Assembly (NCBI RefSeq): GCF_009914755.1
Contig: NC_060935.1
Origin: the human T2T-CHM13v2.0 reference genome, Homo sapiens
DNA length: 64,000 bases
Strand: one strand, 5' to 3'
The translations under genes and the position numbers were made by a program. Below the pieces are notes generated by a model that had not been told where the DNA came from, ran no database searches, and was given only the letters and a program-made list of their open reading frames with translations. Shown here piece by piece: positions 36,499-56,325 of this stretch. Position 1 is the first letter of the stretch. Each line of letters begins with the position of its first letter.

Positions 36499-38834
36499 TC
36501 TTGGGAGTGTCTCCCTATTCTCAAACTTGGGCCTTCTGGCAGTGTCTGTTTATCTTTTCCCTTCAGGGGCAACCTCCAGTGAGTTTGCTCTGCTAAAAGT
36601 CCAGGCCTCAATCTCCAGGAGCCCAGGAGAGGACCACATTTCTCCCTCTGTCTCTCTAGTCTCAGGCCTGCCTCCCATATCCTCTTTTCCTGTTTATTTC
36701 CTGTGGGTAAACTCCAACCCTCCCCCATTCATGGGGTCAGGCCTCTCCCTACGGTCTCTGTGATATCACCATGTAAAAGCAAAATATCCAATGGGGCATA
36801 TTCTCCAAAATCTGCATTTGAATATTACTGTGTATGACAGAATAGCAGGCCAGTCTTTTAGCATTAAGCCTAGCCCAGTCCCATTATTTTTACAACATTT
36901 TATCCAGCATGAACTCAAAATCAGAACCACAGTTTCTCTGCAGTCCTAAAGTCTTCTCTCCCAATCTCCTGTGAGAAGCTGTTTAAACAGGAAGCATGAG
37001 CATTTCTACTACAATAAACAATACCAACCAGGCTAGGGTAGCCTACACCCACACTTTAAAGGAAACATTTCCCCAAAGGCATAGTAAACTGCTGGTATAT
37101 AACTTTGCCCATAATAAAGACAATTTTTGCTATTACTATGCAGAAAAGTTTAGCTCTCTAGAGATACAGCTGTCAAACTCCCATTCCTGAAAAGGATCTG
37201 GCTTAATATAAGCATATCTAACCTGGTCCATTTAGATAATTATCCTCAAACCAAGGATGAATCTGCCTCAAGATGAATGAAAGTTTCTACCTCCTGCAAA
37301 AACTACATGAAGTTCTGAAATTACAACATTCAAGGCACCATCCCCACTCTAGCCTTCACAGATCTCAGGCCCATTTTTAATTAGGGCTCTGGTTACAAGT
37401 ATTGTGTGACTGCCTACTCCCAGGGGTCTCTGCTTTTCTTAAGGGGATCACTCACAAAGGGGAATCTAGCCCTAAAAAGAGAGCAGAAGGGAAACTGCTG
37501 CCTCCTTCCAGGGGACACAGCCTTTTCCCTTTTCCACGGCCACATAAATATGGAACTAATTTTGATTTATTTTTCTTGAAACTTAGATACCTGGCTTGTC
37601 AACAATAATTCAAAAATAATTTTATAAAGCTTTAAGAATTAGAGTTAGTCAAATAGTGAAATTGAGATTCTTTAGAGATTCGGTTTCTGTAATCATAGGT
37701 CATACAGAACTAAATGAATTTGGAGGTGTGGATTCTAATGGATTTAGGTTGTAGAGACTGTCAACTCAGATAAATGGAAACAAAAGGTGAATTTTCTCAA
37801 TAAGTTTCTGAATAGACTTTAAGGTTTTGTAATGAACAACAGCTGGCAAGTGCTTACGTGTCTCTTTCCATTTATTTTGGCCACTAGCCCAAACAATGAA
37901 AATAGATTTTTGCCAATCATAGACTTAAAAATCATCAATGGGGAATGCCATTTTAAATTTAAAAAGACAAGTAGGTATGCAGTATACAGAAATGAGCCAT
38001 AAAGAACTTTCTGTTTTCTTGCCTTCAGTTCTATTCATTCAAATGTTTATTGCCTACCATGTACCAGGCATTGTGCTAGGTCCTGAAGTAGATAGCAAAA
38101 TGAATAAGCAAAGCTGCCATGTCCTGGTCGGGGAATAGAGGTGAGTGGGGTGACAGAATACACTGTTAACTAAAATATTAAAATAAAAACCCTGTTCTCA
38201 GTTGATAACAGATGTGTGGACCATGTTCAGAAAAGACAACTAACTCTACCCAGAAGGCTTCACAGAGAAGTTGCATTTCAGTTGGATCCTGAAAGGTGAA
38301 TAGAAGGTCACCAAAAGAAGGGAAGATAAATTAAGTATTTGTTTGTTGTTTATCTTTGTTACTAGACTGACTATAAGTTCCGTGTGGGTAGGGACTGGAT
38401 CTTGCTCAATGTTGCATTTTTGGTGGTCAGTGCTTGAAAACACCTCAAGTGTTCTAAACTATCTGTTGACTAACCAACTGAACAGTATTTCAGGCAAAGA
38501 GAACCATAGGCACAATAACAAAATAAATAACAGAATGATTTTTCTAGGCTATGGCTTGTAATATTAACACTGTTCACTCCTGGAGAGGAAGAGTATATCA
38601 TAAGACAGCTAAAAAGGGCAGGTATTATAGAAGGAACCAGAAGATTTGCATTCTAGTCCCATCCCTGTTATTAACTAACTACATGACTTTGAATAAATGC
38701 TTAGCTTATACCACCTGTAGTTTTCTCACTTGTAAAATAGCTTTGGAAGAGTATATTCTTGTAAGAAAAAAAATTAAAGAAAGATCAAGAATGTATGACT
38801 GCATTTTTCCCTTCTTTTTCTAAATGCAAAATGG

Positions 38835-39298
<464 letters not shown>

Positions 39299-39639
39299 TC
39301 AGAAGCTGTGAGTAAATAAGAAACCAGAGCAGTGAGCTGTGGCTCTCCCCACCTCAAAGCTGCTGTTGTTGGTCATGTATTGCCGTAACTGAGGGCCTTC
39401 TAGATCTCTGTCACCTAGCTAAAGAGATAAAAAGATAGAAAGATTGAAACAGAAAGAAAAGCTAAGAGATATATATGGAGGTTACAGGAATTTTACAATC
39501 AATCTAATGCAGGCATTTAAAAAATGTTTTTGTTCTAGGAATCTCTTTAGCAGTTTAGTGAAGACTATGGATCGCTTCTCAGAATAATACCTTTAAATGC
39601 ATAAAATAAAATACAGAGGAGGACAACTTCTGTATTGTT

Positions 39640-40020
39640 GTTGTCCACTAGAAGCAGACAAGTGGAACGGCTCCCTCGACCACCATGGACACTTGAGGTA
39701 GCAGGGAGAGCTACTTAGAGAAGTGGGGGGCAGCAAGCCAGCTGATGTGGAGCCCAGAGGGTTTGGTGCCAGAGTATTTGTAGTGGAGCACAGCCAGGGA
39801 TGGCCATCCCTCTAGGCTTGACTTGCTCTCTTAAGAGACTTTAGCCCCAGGGAAGCTGTCAGACCTGATCTCTGCAGGGCAGTCTTGCACATCAGATGGG
39901 GCTGGTCCAACCTGAGCACTTCTTGGTTTGCTGGCCTTTCCCGGGGCCCCAGCATGGCCATGCCTGCTTACAGGGCAGTCTTTTTTATGAAAAAAAAATT
40001 TCATAATGCAATCACAAGTG
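39640..40020 (+). mobile_element. Probable 5'UTR and short ORF1 remnant of the same L1
   Basis: GC-richer stretch starting ACTAGAAGCAG resembles an L1PB-type 5' end; TTCATAATGCAATCACAAG resembles early ORF1. Confidence 0.5.
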
Positions 40021-44177
<4,157 letters not shown>

Positions 44178-44819
44178 TTTATAATTCTATAGATAACAAA
44201 ATTGTCATTATTTTGAGGTAGAATGAAGGCAAAATAATGATACATTCAGAAAAATTAACACTCATTACCTAAAAATAAACTCTAACAAAAGAAAAATTTC
44301 TTTAGAAGGAAGTATTGGGCTGTAAGAATAATGCATACTAGTTGGGAAAAAATTAAATAATATATTAGTGTATATATATTATATATAAAGTAAAAGGTGA
44401 AAGGGCTCTGCCTATCCCTTTATTTGTTGTATATTCTCCTACACCTTTTTTAATGACTACATAAACATATATAGAAATATATATATATATACATACACCC
44501 AATGTCTTTTATTCTTTAAACAATGAGCTCACTCTATATAAAATACTTTGTGCTCTTTTCCCCTTATTCCCAATTGAATATCATAAATATTCTTCAATAT
44601 TGGCATGTGCAGATCTACCTTATCCTTTTTGCTGTCTGCATTCGATGATATAAATATAAGTTTATACATGTCTATTTAATATGAACGTTTAGATTATTTT
44701 AAATCTTTTTTGCTCTTATAAATAATGCACGATTCAGTTTTTTGTTGGTATTTCTATAGGATAGAGGCCTAGAAGTATAATTGTTGGGTCACAGGATAGA
44801 GACATTTAAAATGCTGATA

Positions 44820-44940
44820 GTGGCCCACTCCTGTAACCCCAGCACTTTTGGAGGCTGAGGTGAGAGGATTGCTTTAGCCCAGGAGTTTGAGACCAGGCTG
44901 GGCAAGATGGGGAGACCCCCATCTCTACAAAAAAGAAAAG
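44820..44940 (+). mobile_element. FLAM / Alu left monomer inside an old minus-strand L1
   Basis: Single arm; flanks TAAAATGCTGATAG / TAAAATGTTTATAG. Confidence 0.8.
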
Positions 44941-45120
44941 TAAAATGTTTATAGATCCTGCCAAAATTTCTTCTAAAAATATTGCTAATTTATAGTCAGA
45001 CTAAAAATATATGGAATGTAGTATTTTAAGGAAGAAAATCTTCAAACATGAGAATAGGCACAAAATACAAAGAATCTGGTTGATAATATTTTTAAAAAGA
45101 GATAGAAAATATGCATTATT

Positions 45121-45423
45121 GGCTGGGTGCAGTGCCTCACGCCTGTAACTCCAGCACTTTGGGAGGCTGAGGCAGGCAGATCACAAAGTCAGGAGTTCAA
45201 GAACAGCCTGGCCAACTTGGTGAAACCCTGTCTCTACGAAAAAAAATACAAAATTTAGCCAGGCAGGTTGGCGTGCACCTGTAATCCCAGCTACTCAGTA
45301 GGCTGAGGCAGGAGAATTGCTTGAACCTGGAGGCAGAGGTTGCAGTGAGCTGAGATCGCGCCACTGCACTCCAGCCTGGGCAAATGAGCAAGGCTCCATC
45401 TCAAAAAAAAAAAAAAAAAAAAA
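45121..45423 (+). mobile_element. AluS
   Basis: TSD AAATATGCATTATT. Confidence 0.92.
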
Positions 45424-46584
45424 GGAAATATGCATTATTTTGAGTGCATATAACAGATGGCTTTGTCCATCAGACCATGTGGAAAATATATTTCCAAAAG
45501 GGATTACAAACTAATCCAAAGAGATTTAGTAAGCAAGGAAGTCTTCAACTATCATTATGTCTTATTCTATTAAAAGCAGATCATCAAATAAATTCTTGCA
45601 CATTAGTTTGTCTTTTACAAAGTAATCTTAATAAGGAAAAACCTCTGCCTTTGGACTTGATTCTAACTATAATAGGATACTGAGTTGTACCCGTGAAAGT
45701 GACAAGATCTTTGATAAAAAGTATCTGTATCATCTTAGAATTTGTAGTGTTTGTAATGTGCAAGGATATGACTGATGAGCATGTTTAGACATGTACTTAA
45801 GACTTTGGGAAAACAGATATTGAAAACTTTAGAGAGAGAAAAAATATAGGGCCCATTATTTGAGTCTTTAAATAAGAAAGTTACTGTGAGTGCTATCTAT
45901 AGAGGTTTAACTATGTAAGTATATATAATCTCTGCATTTTACTAATCGAACAAATGGTTGAGTGTGCCTATATAGTAGATCCTGGGCTAGGCACTAAAGG
46001 GGCTGTGTTAATTTTGGAGGAAATTGCAGTTTTGGAGATTTTAATATATTTGATATAGATCAATTCTCTGAATTACTTTCAGCAAAAATGTGTCTCAGTT
46101 TTGCAAGCAAGACTGTCAGTTGCAAAAGGCAAACAACAGCATTTCTTTTAAAAGATTATATTGATAACCTATTATGAGCACCATCTGTCACACAAAGAAA
46201 TACAAGAGATGGTCCCTCACTTCAAAGTACTTGCAGTTGTTTTAAGTATTTGAGTTTCAAGAAAAAAAAAGTATTGTTTAAAAAAAGCAGTAGAACCTTC
46301 ACAAAAGTAAAATAAAATGCTGGTACTGCATGTCATGCAGGGATTTTCAAAGGAATTGTGAAAAGAAAGAGGCGCCTCACCATCAAAAACAGGCACACAG
46401 CATAGCAATAAGAACACTGAGGACATAGCAAATCCCAGAATGAGTAATTGAGAGTTACAATATGGTCAACAAATAAGACATTGTTCCTATGTTTGGCAGA
46501 GGCTTCTGATAAGGAAAGGGGTAAGCTCTGTGCTTAGGGGCAAATGTTGCAATCTGAGTGAATGGTAGGCAGAATACAAAGTAA

Positions 46585-46876
<292 letters not shown>

Positions 46877-47058
46877 TTAACAAGAGTACAGTGCTTTCAA
46901 ATTTCTCTCCCACCAAGACTTCTTTTATTAAATATTAAACATGTTCTGTGTACAAGGCACTGTGCTATGTGGTACAGAAGATAATAAAGATGTGTCAGAA
47001 ATAGATCTTGTCCTTAAGGGGCATTATGATGACTGGAATTTTGTTAAAAATATAAAAC

Positions 47059-47352
47059 TGCCAGGTGTGGTGGCTCACGCCTGTAATCCCAGCACTTTGG
47101 GAGGCAGAGGTGGGCAGATCACAAAGTCAGGAGATCGAGACCATCCTGGCTAACGGGCTGAAACCCCATCTCTACTAGAAATACAAAAAATTAGCTGGGC
47201 GTGGTGGCGTGTGCCTGTAGTCCCAGCTACTCAGGAGGCTGGGGCAGGAGAATGGCATGAACCCGGGAGGCAGAGCTTGCAGTGAGCTGAGATTGTGCCA
47301 ATGCACTCCAGCATGGGCAACAGAGTGAGACTCCATCTCAAAAAAAAAAAAA
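47059..47352 (+). mobile_element. AluY followed by an AT-rich tract to ~47412
   Basis: Y diagnostics. Confidence 0.9.
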
Positions 47353-47569
47353 ATATATATATATATATATAATATATATAACATATATATAATATATATT
47401 ATATATATATTATGTGATGATCAGTTTGCATTAGTTCATTTATAGTAAGCTATACTATTGCACATATATTCATTTAAGAAAAGAGAGTCATACAGTTCAC
47501 AAAGATGGAAGAGAATCATTGGAGGTTAGCTGGTTGTCTTACAGGTAGCCTGACCCTGCAGTTGATATT

Positions 47570-48560
47570 TGTGACAGAGATGGCGCAAAATGCTTAACAA
47601 AATCTCATTTCATTTTCCTTTCCTGGTTACATGGAAAGACTACGTTTTCCATCCTCCTTTGTGGTTAGGTTGGGGACATGTGACTAAGTTCTGGAAGTGG
47701 GATGTAAGCAGAAGTGATGTAAACCACTTCCAGGTCTGGCCCTTAAAAGTGAAAGCAGTGATTGGTATCTGCGAAAGTTAAATGTATGCTGGCCCCATGA
47801 CGTAGCACATCTACTCTTAGGTATATGCTCAAGAAAAACAAAAGCATACGTCTACAAAAGTCAAGTAAAAGAATGTCCCTTGCTGGGTAATTCATAGTAG
47901 GTTCAAACATGCAACAACACAAATGTCCTCAAATGAAAAAATTGTGCTATATTCATACAATAGACCCAATATAGCAATAAAAATGAATGAACTATAGCTA
48001 CATACGACAACATGCATAAGATCTTGAGTGAAGGAAGCCAGACACAAAAAATATTCAACGTATGCATTTGTTACTATAAGCTTTAGGAACAGGCAAAATG
48101 AAGCTATGATGCTAGAAGTGAGAATAGTGGTTACCTCTGTTTGCAGGTGTATTTACTGGGAAGGGGCACTAAAGAGCCTTCTGGGGTGATGGAAATACTT
48201 TTTTTTAATCTGCATAGCAGTCTCAGGGCAAATAGTAGTCTCAGTAAAGGCAAATTTAAAAATTCATCAAGCTGTACACTTAAATTTTGTGCATGCTGCT
48301 ATGCAAAAGAACTAAAAATTATGCACACATGAAAAATCAAAGAAGCAAGGAAAAAATTAAAAAAAGTGACCACTGACGAAGGCCCAGTGCAGATGGAAGA
48401 GGCTATATTCCTGAATCACTGGTTGCCCTTGCCCTGAAGAACTGGCCAGTCTGCTTTGGAGTTTGTGTAAACACAAAATAAATCTTTCTTATTTTAAATT
48501 CTCTGAGATTTAGAGTGTATGTGGTATCTCGGCATAGCCTAACCATTCTTGGCTAATACA
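47570..48560. mobile_element. MLT1-type LTR split by an L1ME fragment (~47760-48345)
   Basis: CATGTGACTAAGTTCTGG...AAGCAGAAGTGATG...CACTTCCAGGTCTGGCC, then L1 3'UTR, then CTGAGATTT...GCATAGCCTAACCATTCTTGGCTAATACA. Confidence 0.6.
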
Positions 48561-48950
48561 GAATTTATTGCCACAAACAACCAGGGTAAAAAACCTGGCT
48601 TTGGAAGCATATCAGGGAGGCTCTTCCTTTCTCAGGCTAAGTGATATAAAACAAGCTTATAAATGAGTGCATAAATCAAGCTGCCAATTTATTAAATAAC
48701 AATAGAAAATTAAAACCTGTCATACAAACTAGGATATCTGTTACCTAATATATAACCATTCTGTCTCTCAAGACAGACCTGCATGGGAAGCCAAACTGTA
48801 ATAAAAGTTTGTTTTATTCTCAGAAAGAAAACATTAGTTAGATGAGTCAGTTATTTAATGACATCTGTCCAGGAGAAGCTATGCATCCCATTTCATAGTT
48901 AATTCCTGAGGTCCCTGGGCTGCAGTTCTCATTCCCAGGCATGCACCTGA

Positions 48951-49421
<471 letters not shown>

Positions 49422-49441
49422 TATCTTTTACTTTTACATTC

Positions 49442-50255
49442 TGTGGTTGGAGTGGTAGGGGTTTGGAGAGAATGGTGTCCTTAGCTGTAGCTTCCAAGTA
49501 CTGGTAACATCAAACTAATATAGATGCTGAGAATTCTAGACAGTGTATGTACCTGAATATTTTGTAAGGCCACTTGAGAGTTTTTTCTACAATCTTTGAA
49601 GGCTTGAAGGGAGGAAACTGTTAGGAAAGGCTGGAGAAAAAGGGATCCCTGTTATGCAGTGGCAGAAAGTTTGGCAACACTGTTGCATGCTGAAATGCAG
49701 AAAATAGAAAATATATCTAACAAACTGGTGTATTTGCAGTTAAGGAAATTTCCAGACAGACTGTTGAAAATGCCAACTGATTAAAAAAAAAAAACCTATG
49801 TGGAATAAGATGTAGAGAGGTGAGATATAAAAGGAACAATTTCATTTTTAAGCAAAATTTAGAGAAAATATACACAGTCTGGGAACTTTGGGTTCAAAAA
49901 TAAAACTGCTTTTCACTTCCAGCCTCTCCAGATGGTGAAACAACTAAGGCATTGCCTTAAGGGGAAGGTACAATCCAGGGTGCAGCTATTTAGATTTTTT
50001 GTAAAGACTGTACAAAGATTTAAAGCCATTTTACCTAGACCATTTCAGCTAGACAAAAGCACTTCTAAGTGTATAAGGGTGTTTTCCATCAGCTTTCTTA
50101 CTCTCAGCCCAAGACGGAAAGTGTTTGTCTCAGAGGTTTGTGAGTGTGGCTTTTTTTTCTATTGGAGTGGATTATAATTTGATATATATGAAGTCCCCAA
50201 AATCTTAAAGAGAATTGTATTGGCAGACACACTGCCTACTTGGACTGAAAGGGCA
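49442..50255 (+). mobile_element. ERVL-MaLR internal (MLT1-int-like) fragment
   Basis: GGCTGGAGAAAAAGGGATCCCTGTTATGCAGTGGCAGAAAGTTTGGCAACACTG is typical of MaLR internal sequence. Confidence 0.6.
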
Positions 50256-50392
50256 TATGTATCTTTTAATACTCCAGATTTGAATATTAAAATTTATATT
50301 TACATATTAGAAACTCAATATTTTAAATAAAATGACGTAAGGAAAAACCTGAAGTTATGTTGCAACAAAAATTAGTAGAAAATTAGAATTAT

Positions 50393-50690
50393 GGCTGGGC
50401 ATGGTGGCTCATGTCTGTAATCCCAGCACTTTGGGAGGCTGAGGCAGGTGAATTACCTAAGGTCAGGGAGTTTGGGACCAGCCTGGACTACATGGTGAAA
50501 CCCCGTCTCTACTAAAAATACAGAAATTAGCCGGGTGTGGTGGTGGGTGCCACTAATCTCAGCTAGTGAGGCAGAAGAATCACTTGAGCCCAGGAGGCGG
50601 AGTTTGCAGTGAGCCGAGATCGTCCCATTGCACTCCAGCTTGGGTGACACAGCAAGACTCCGTCTCAAAAGAAAAGAAAAGAAAAGAAAA
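50393..50690 (+). mobile_element. AluS with (AAAAG)n tail
   Basis: Alu consensus. Confidence 0.9.
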
Positions 50691-51606
50691 TCAGAATCAT
50701 ATGTAGCTTTGTGAAAAGCTTGGTTACTGACTGTTGCTGGAATCAAGAGCTACTACAGTGTCATACTTCGAGTTTGCCGTACTTTGCCATTGTACTTGTG
50801 CCTGATAATTATTTCTACAATGACTGCATGTAGATCTAAACTAGATTAGTGTCGTTAAATCCTCTGCATTAGATCTTAAGAGCTCTTCCATTCTTTTTCG
50901 TTGACATCTTCAAAACTAGAATCCTACAAGAGCAACAACTTTGTGTTTTTTTTTTTTTTTTCATTCTTCCATCACAAAGAAAGGGGCAACAATTTTCATC
51001 TTGGCGTTTCTTCAAAGCCTTTGAATTCCATCATAAATTGCCAGATTAGTTTTCTTCATCCACTGTGCACCTTCTTTGGAGAAACTCTTTGCTTCACCTT
51101 GTTGATGAACCCTAAAGCCATCCCTGCATTTTTTTAATGAAAAAGAAGAAACAATGAAGCCCCCAGAAAGTATCCAATCAAGCCACTGTCATAGCCAACC
51201 TAAAAGAATAAATGACCCATGCAGATGCAATGTTTAACATTATCTTTAAACTTAATGGTGGCATGAAGAGAAGGCTTTCTTTTAAAAAACAGCCTGCTAT
51301 ATCTTATAATACCATATAAAGAAATTTACAAATGTAAGCTACTGGTTTAACTGCATACTGCTCCATTTTGCAATTTTTTTTGCATCCTAAAGCACAGATC
51401 ATCTCCCCTGAGGATTTATCAATGCCTTCCTGTTTTGGAATCTCCATAGCAGCACTAGAAAAGATAGAGTATCCTTTCTTTTGAACTTGGGAGTTTCCCT
51501 GAAATCACCCCTTTGCCACCCAGCTCATCAGCATTGTCCCCTTTGGCACCATCCCCTTTTTCTCAAATTTCTTTATGCTTCAAGTCTCCATTTAACAGTT
51601 AATTAG

Positions 51607-51898
51607 GACCAGGTGTGTTGGTGCACACCTGTAATCCCAGCAGTTTGGGAGGCTGAGGTGGGTGGACAGCTTGAGCCCAGGAGTTCAAGAGCAGTCTGGG
51701 TAACACAGGGAGACCCTACAAATAATTTAAAAACATTAGCCAGGTGTGGTGGCGTACCTGTGGTCCCAGCTACTCAGGAGGCTGAGGCAGGAGGATCTCC
51801 TGAGCCCAGGGGATATAGGCTGCTGTGAGCTGTGATTGCGCCACTGCACTTCAGCCTGGGTAGCAGAGTGAGACCATGTCTCAAAACAAACAAAAAAC
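51607..51898 (+). mobile_element. AluJ
   Basis: Diverged Alu; TSD AACAGTTAA. Confidence 0.88.
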
Positions 51899-52045
51899 AG
51901 TTAACTAAAAGAAACCACCTGGTTTTAATTGTAATTTTAAAATTTCCTTATTTATTAATGTGTAATTGCTGGGCCACATAGTAAACATATTGTTTAATAT
52001 CAGGCATGAAAACTATATTGTGCTATTACATTCAGAAGCAACTGA

Positions 52046-52360
<315 letters not shown>

Positions 52361-52896
52361 CGTATTAATTGTTTGGTGAATAAGATGTTATTTGTATAGT
52401 ATTGTACATCTTAACATGATCATTTTTTGTTAATATTTGATACTATGTTTTAAATACTTGTTAAGAATTTTTTGGTTGATATGTAATGCATTTTATTTTT
52501 TCCCATTTAAAACTAAGTTCCTATTCAGCATTTTCTTGTGAAAGGATCATAGATATTCAGGAATGGATTATTGAAAAAAAATAAGCCTGCACTGCTATTT
52601 CTGTAATTTTTTGGATAAGTTTATGCTGTGTTTTTGATCTTCTTAGTTTCTGAATTGGAGATTTGAAAAAAATTGTGATTATCTTGTTCCTATTCTACCA
52701 TTGTATATTGGATGTGTTGAGGCGGATGATAACTTTATCATGAGATCTGCATCTGGTCCTGAGGAATATTCTGGACTTTGGCTAGGATTCAGCAACTGCA
52801 TGGAATTTTAGGTTGTCTCCCTTGGAAAAGGGAAGGTATGTCTATCTGTAGAAAGAATGGTGTGCCCGGATATTTGGGTAGCCAGAGACATAGAAC

Positions 52897-53665
52897 TATG
52901 GCAGACACTGCTAGTTGCCTCTAATATCTGTTTTTTCCATTTTGCTCAGTAATAAAACCTCAAATGTTAGCTGGGCATTTGTCCCATTAATTAAAAAAGA
53001 TTGTATTCACCATCCTCTCTTGCAATGAAGTGTGGCCATGTGATTAAGCTTTGTCCAAGGAACGTAAGTTGTAGTAGTTTGTATGGATCTTCTGGGAAGT
53101 TTTTTTAAAAACAGGAAGTATGCCCTTTTCTCCCCGCCCCCGCCCCCCCGTTTTTTTTTTTTTTTTTTGAGATAGAGTCTCTCTCTGTTGCCAAGGCAAC
53201 AGTGGTGTGATCTTGGCCCACTGCAACCTCTGCCTCCTGAGTTCAAGCGATTCTCCTGCCTCAGTCCCTGAGTAGCTACGATTACAGGAGCGTGTCACCA
53301 TTTCTGGCAAATTTTTGTATTTTTAGTAGAGACAGGGTTTCACCATGTTGGCCAGGCTGGTCTCAAACTCCTGACCTCAAGTGATCCACCCGCCTCAGCC
53401 TCTCAAAGTACTAGGATTACAGGTGTGAGCCACCGCGCCCGGCCTCTCTTCCCCTTTTGCTGGTCTTCCTGGCTAGCATGTTGATGTCATGTTATTTTCT
53501 AAGTTAGGGTGGAAATCACAGGTAGCAGATGGCATAGCAAACTGTCACAAAGAGGCTGGGATCCCTAATCGTTATGGAGCCACCATTTTATTCTAGGACT
53601 GCCTACCTTTACCTGAGAGAAAGAAACTTTTATCTTTTTGCCATTGTTGTTTTGGACTTTTCATC
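52897..53665. mobile_element. Old ERVL/MaLR LTR (LTR33-like) interrupted by a minus-strand Alu 53151-53444
   Basis: TATGGCAGACACTGCTAG...GTGTGGCCATGTGATTAAG; similarity resumes after the Alu. Confidence 0.5.
53151..53444 (-). mobile_element. AluS
   Basis: Alu consensus. Confidence 0.9.
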
Positions 53666-54769
53666 TGAGTATTTCTCTTTTATTTTCTTCAAACAACTAC
53701 ACCTATCTGATATTATCTTGTTCAGTTTTCTTTGTTATTTTCTGTCTTCTCCCTCTAGAATACTAGCTTCGTGAAAATAAAAATCTTGTCTCTCTTGTTT
53801 CTGTTTGTTTCCTTAGCACAGTGCCTGGTAAATAGTAATGACTCAGTAAATATTTGTAGATGAATGAATGAAGACTAGAAGATTCGAATGGAATTCTTCT
53901 AAAGGTAGTTCGTTTCTGCTTTAAGAGACTATGGAATTTAGAAATCCAAAGAAACTGGCAGGTTTGTTACATGTGAGGAAATTGACAGAGGGGTTATATG
54001 ACTCAAGCAACACAGGACCCTTGTCTTGCTAATTGTTGGCCAAGTTCCCTAGCCAGGTCTGAGTTCTAACACACGACTGCCGCCTCTACTGTGTGTGCTG
54101 TTTGGTTGATAAGCACCTATCAAAGATGCTGTAGACAGGATTGCTCCGTGGCCTAAGGTTTGGACAGGATGACCTATTGCCCTTCCCCACACACGGTCGG
54201 GGTATGAACATAGCTGAGACTTTTCAAGCCTTCGCAGGTATCACAGAGCTTGGAAAGCCCAGCACTTGGGGGTAGTCAGTTGCAACTAGCAGGCAGCCCT
54301 AGCTGTTTATTACCTGGGACTCTCGGGAAGGGAAGCTCCCGGTGCTGGGGAGGACGTTTGTCCCAGGCATTCCTCTGGCAACCCTCTTCCTCCACCAGCT
54401 CCCAACAAAGACATTTAATCCCTTTCTTCCACTACCCTCCGCTCTACTTGGCTTGCAGTTGGAAGCTGAAGTACAATTTGACCCAAGCCACCCCCTACTG
54501 CGCACCTGCCATAGCGCTTGCGCCCCGGAGCCGGGCACGGCGTCGCGGGGGTGGGGAGGCGGCTCGTCCCCGAGCTGCGCTCCCTCGCGTACAGCCTCGG
54601 CTCTGGGTGCGAAGATCCTCTCTGCCTCCGCTCACCCAGCCGCGCCGCCGCGCGGGAACGCGCCCCAGCGGATGCCCTCTTGAGGGAGCGCGCACGCGCC
54701 GCCTCTCCCCGCCTCCCCGGTGCGCGTCCCGCCCCCTTGAGCTGCGATACGCCGAGCGCTCAACATCCG

Positions 54770-55101
<332 letters not shown>

Positions 55102-56167
55102 TAGTCTGGAAGATGGGCCGGGGGCTGCAGTTGGTGCTCCCGAGGGGCTCTGGGGGACTTGCCTTGTGTCGGGCTCTCTTTTGGAGGGGTCGGAGTGTTT
55201 TGGGGGGTCGGTAGGGGGAAGGGGGAGGTCGCAAGGGAAGGATATACCAATTCCTGCAAGGGAGAAGGAGGAGGGGAATTAGAGATTGAGCTGTCATCTG
55301 AATGCCTGTTGCTAGGAAGAGGATGGCTCCCAACTTTTAGAATTAAGTTTAGGACACTTAAAAACGTTAATTCAAAGACCAGCCTTATTTTCCTCTGGCC
55401 TGCCTTGTGATGGAGAGGTATTTGTAGGTCAGCGAGGCTATGAGAAGGACCTGCAATCTTTCCTCATCTAGTTTCCCCTGTTTTATTTTGCTTTTTTTTT
55501 TTTTTTTTAATGAAGAAGGCATATTTGGCCCTAAGTCCCTGTGGCCTCAGATCTTGACTCAGTTTTGAGATGACAGGATTGTGATTTGGGGGTTTTGCAA
55601 GTGTTTTTGCAGGTTCACAGAACAGACTCCTGGGTTGAGATTGTGTGTGGTGATTTAAAGGGTGATGCCAGTCTTTCAGTCAGTGAACTTGGTTAGGACA
55701 TCTGACTTTGTGTCACCTAGGACCTTCTGTTACACAACTTTACATACAGGGCAATTAATAGGGAATATTTGGCAGTATGTATATGTAACACTGAGGACTA
55801 TTAAAGATGCTCTTAAATGTTCTCCGCAAAATCTTTTTTTCAATAATCTTATCCTTGATATTAAAGATTTATTATTACTTTGGCCATTGAAGTGCATTGT
55901 CTCATTTTCTTGCCTTACAGTTTGTGTCCTAAGAAGACAGATCATATTTTTTGTATGTCTTCTAAAAGTTTCAATATTCAGCAGATGATCAATTATTATT
56001 TCTCATTGAAGTAATTTAGATTTATACCCTAATGTTCCTGAAAGTGTGTCATGGCTGTATCTGTAGTACTTCTTGAAAAGTCTGATTATGTATTTCAGAG
56101 ATAACACAGGAGAAGGTGATGACTTTGTTTGAGGTTGCAGGCACCCATTTCATTTTTATTGTATAGA

Positions 56168-56325
56168 CTGATGCTTCTCACATTTTCATGTATGTTAGGA
56201 ATCCTCTGAGGATTATGTTAAAATGGGGGTTCTAATTCATTAGGTCCTGGTGGGGCCTGAACCTCTGCTTTCCTAACAAACTCGTGGTAATGCTGATGGT
56301 GGGGGCTGCGCTTTGAATAATAAAG
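56168..56325. mobile_element. MER5A-like MITE
   Basis: GCTTCTCACATTTT...GGGGCCTGA...CTAACAAACTC...AATGCTGATG. Confidence 0.65.

Noticed and set aside
36329-36763. 144-aa ORF
   Set aside because: It begins inside MER1B, resembles no known protein and has no splice support.
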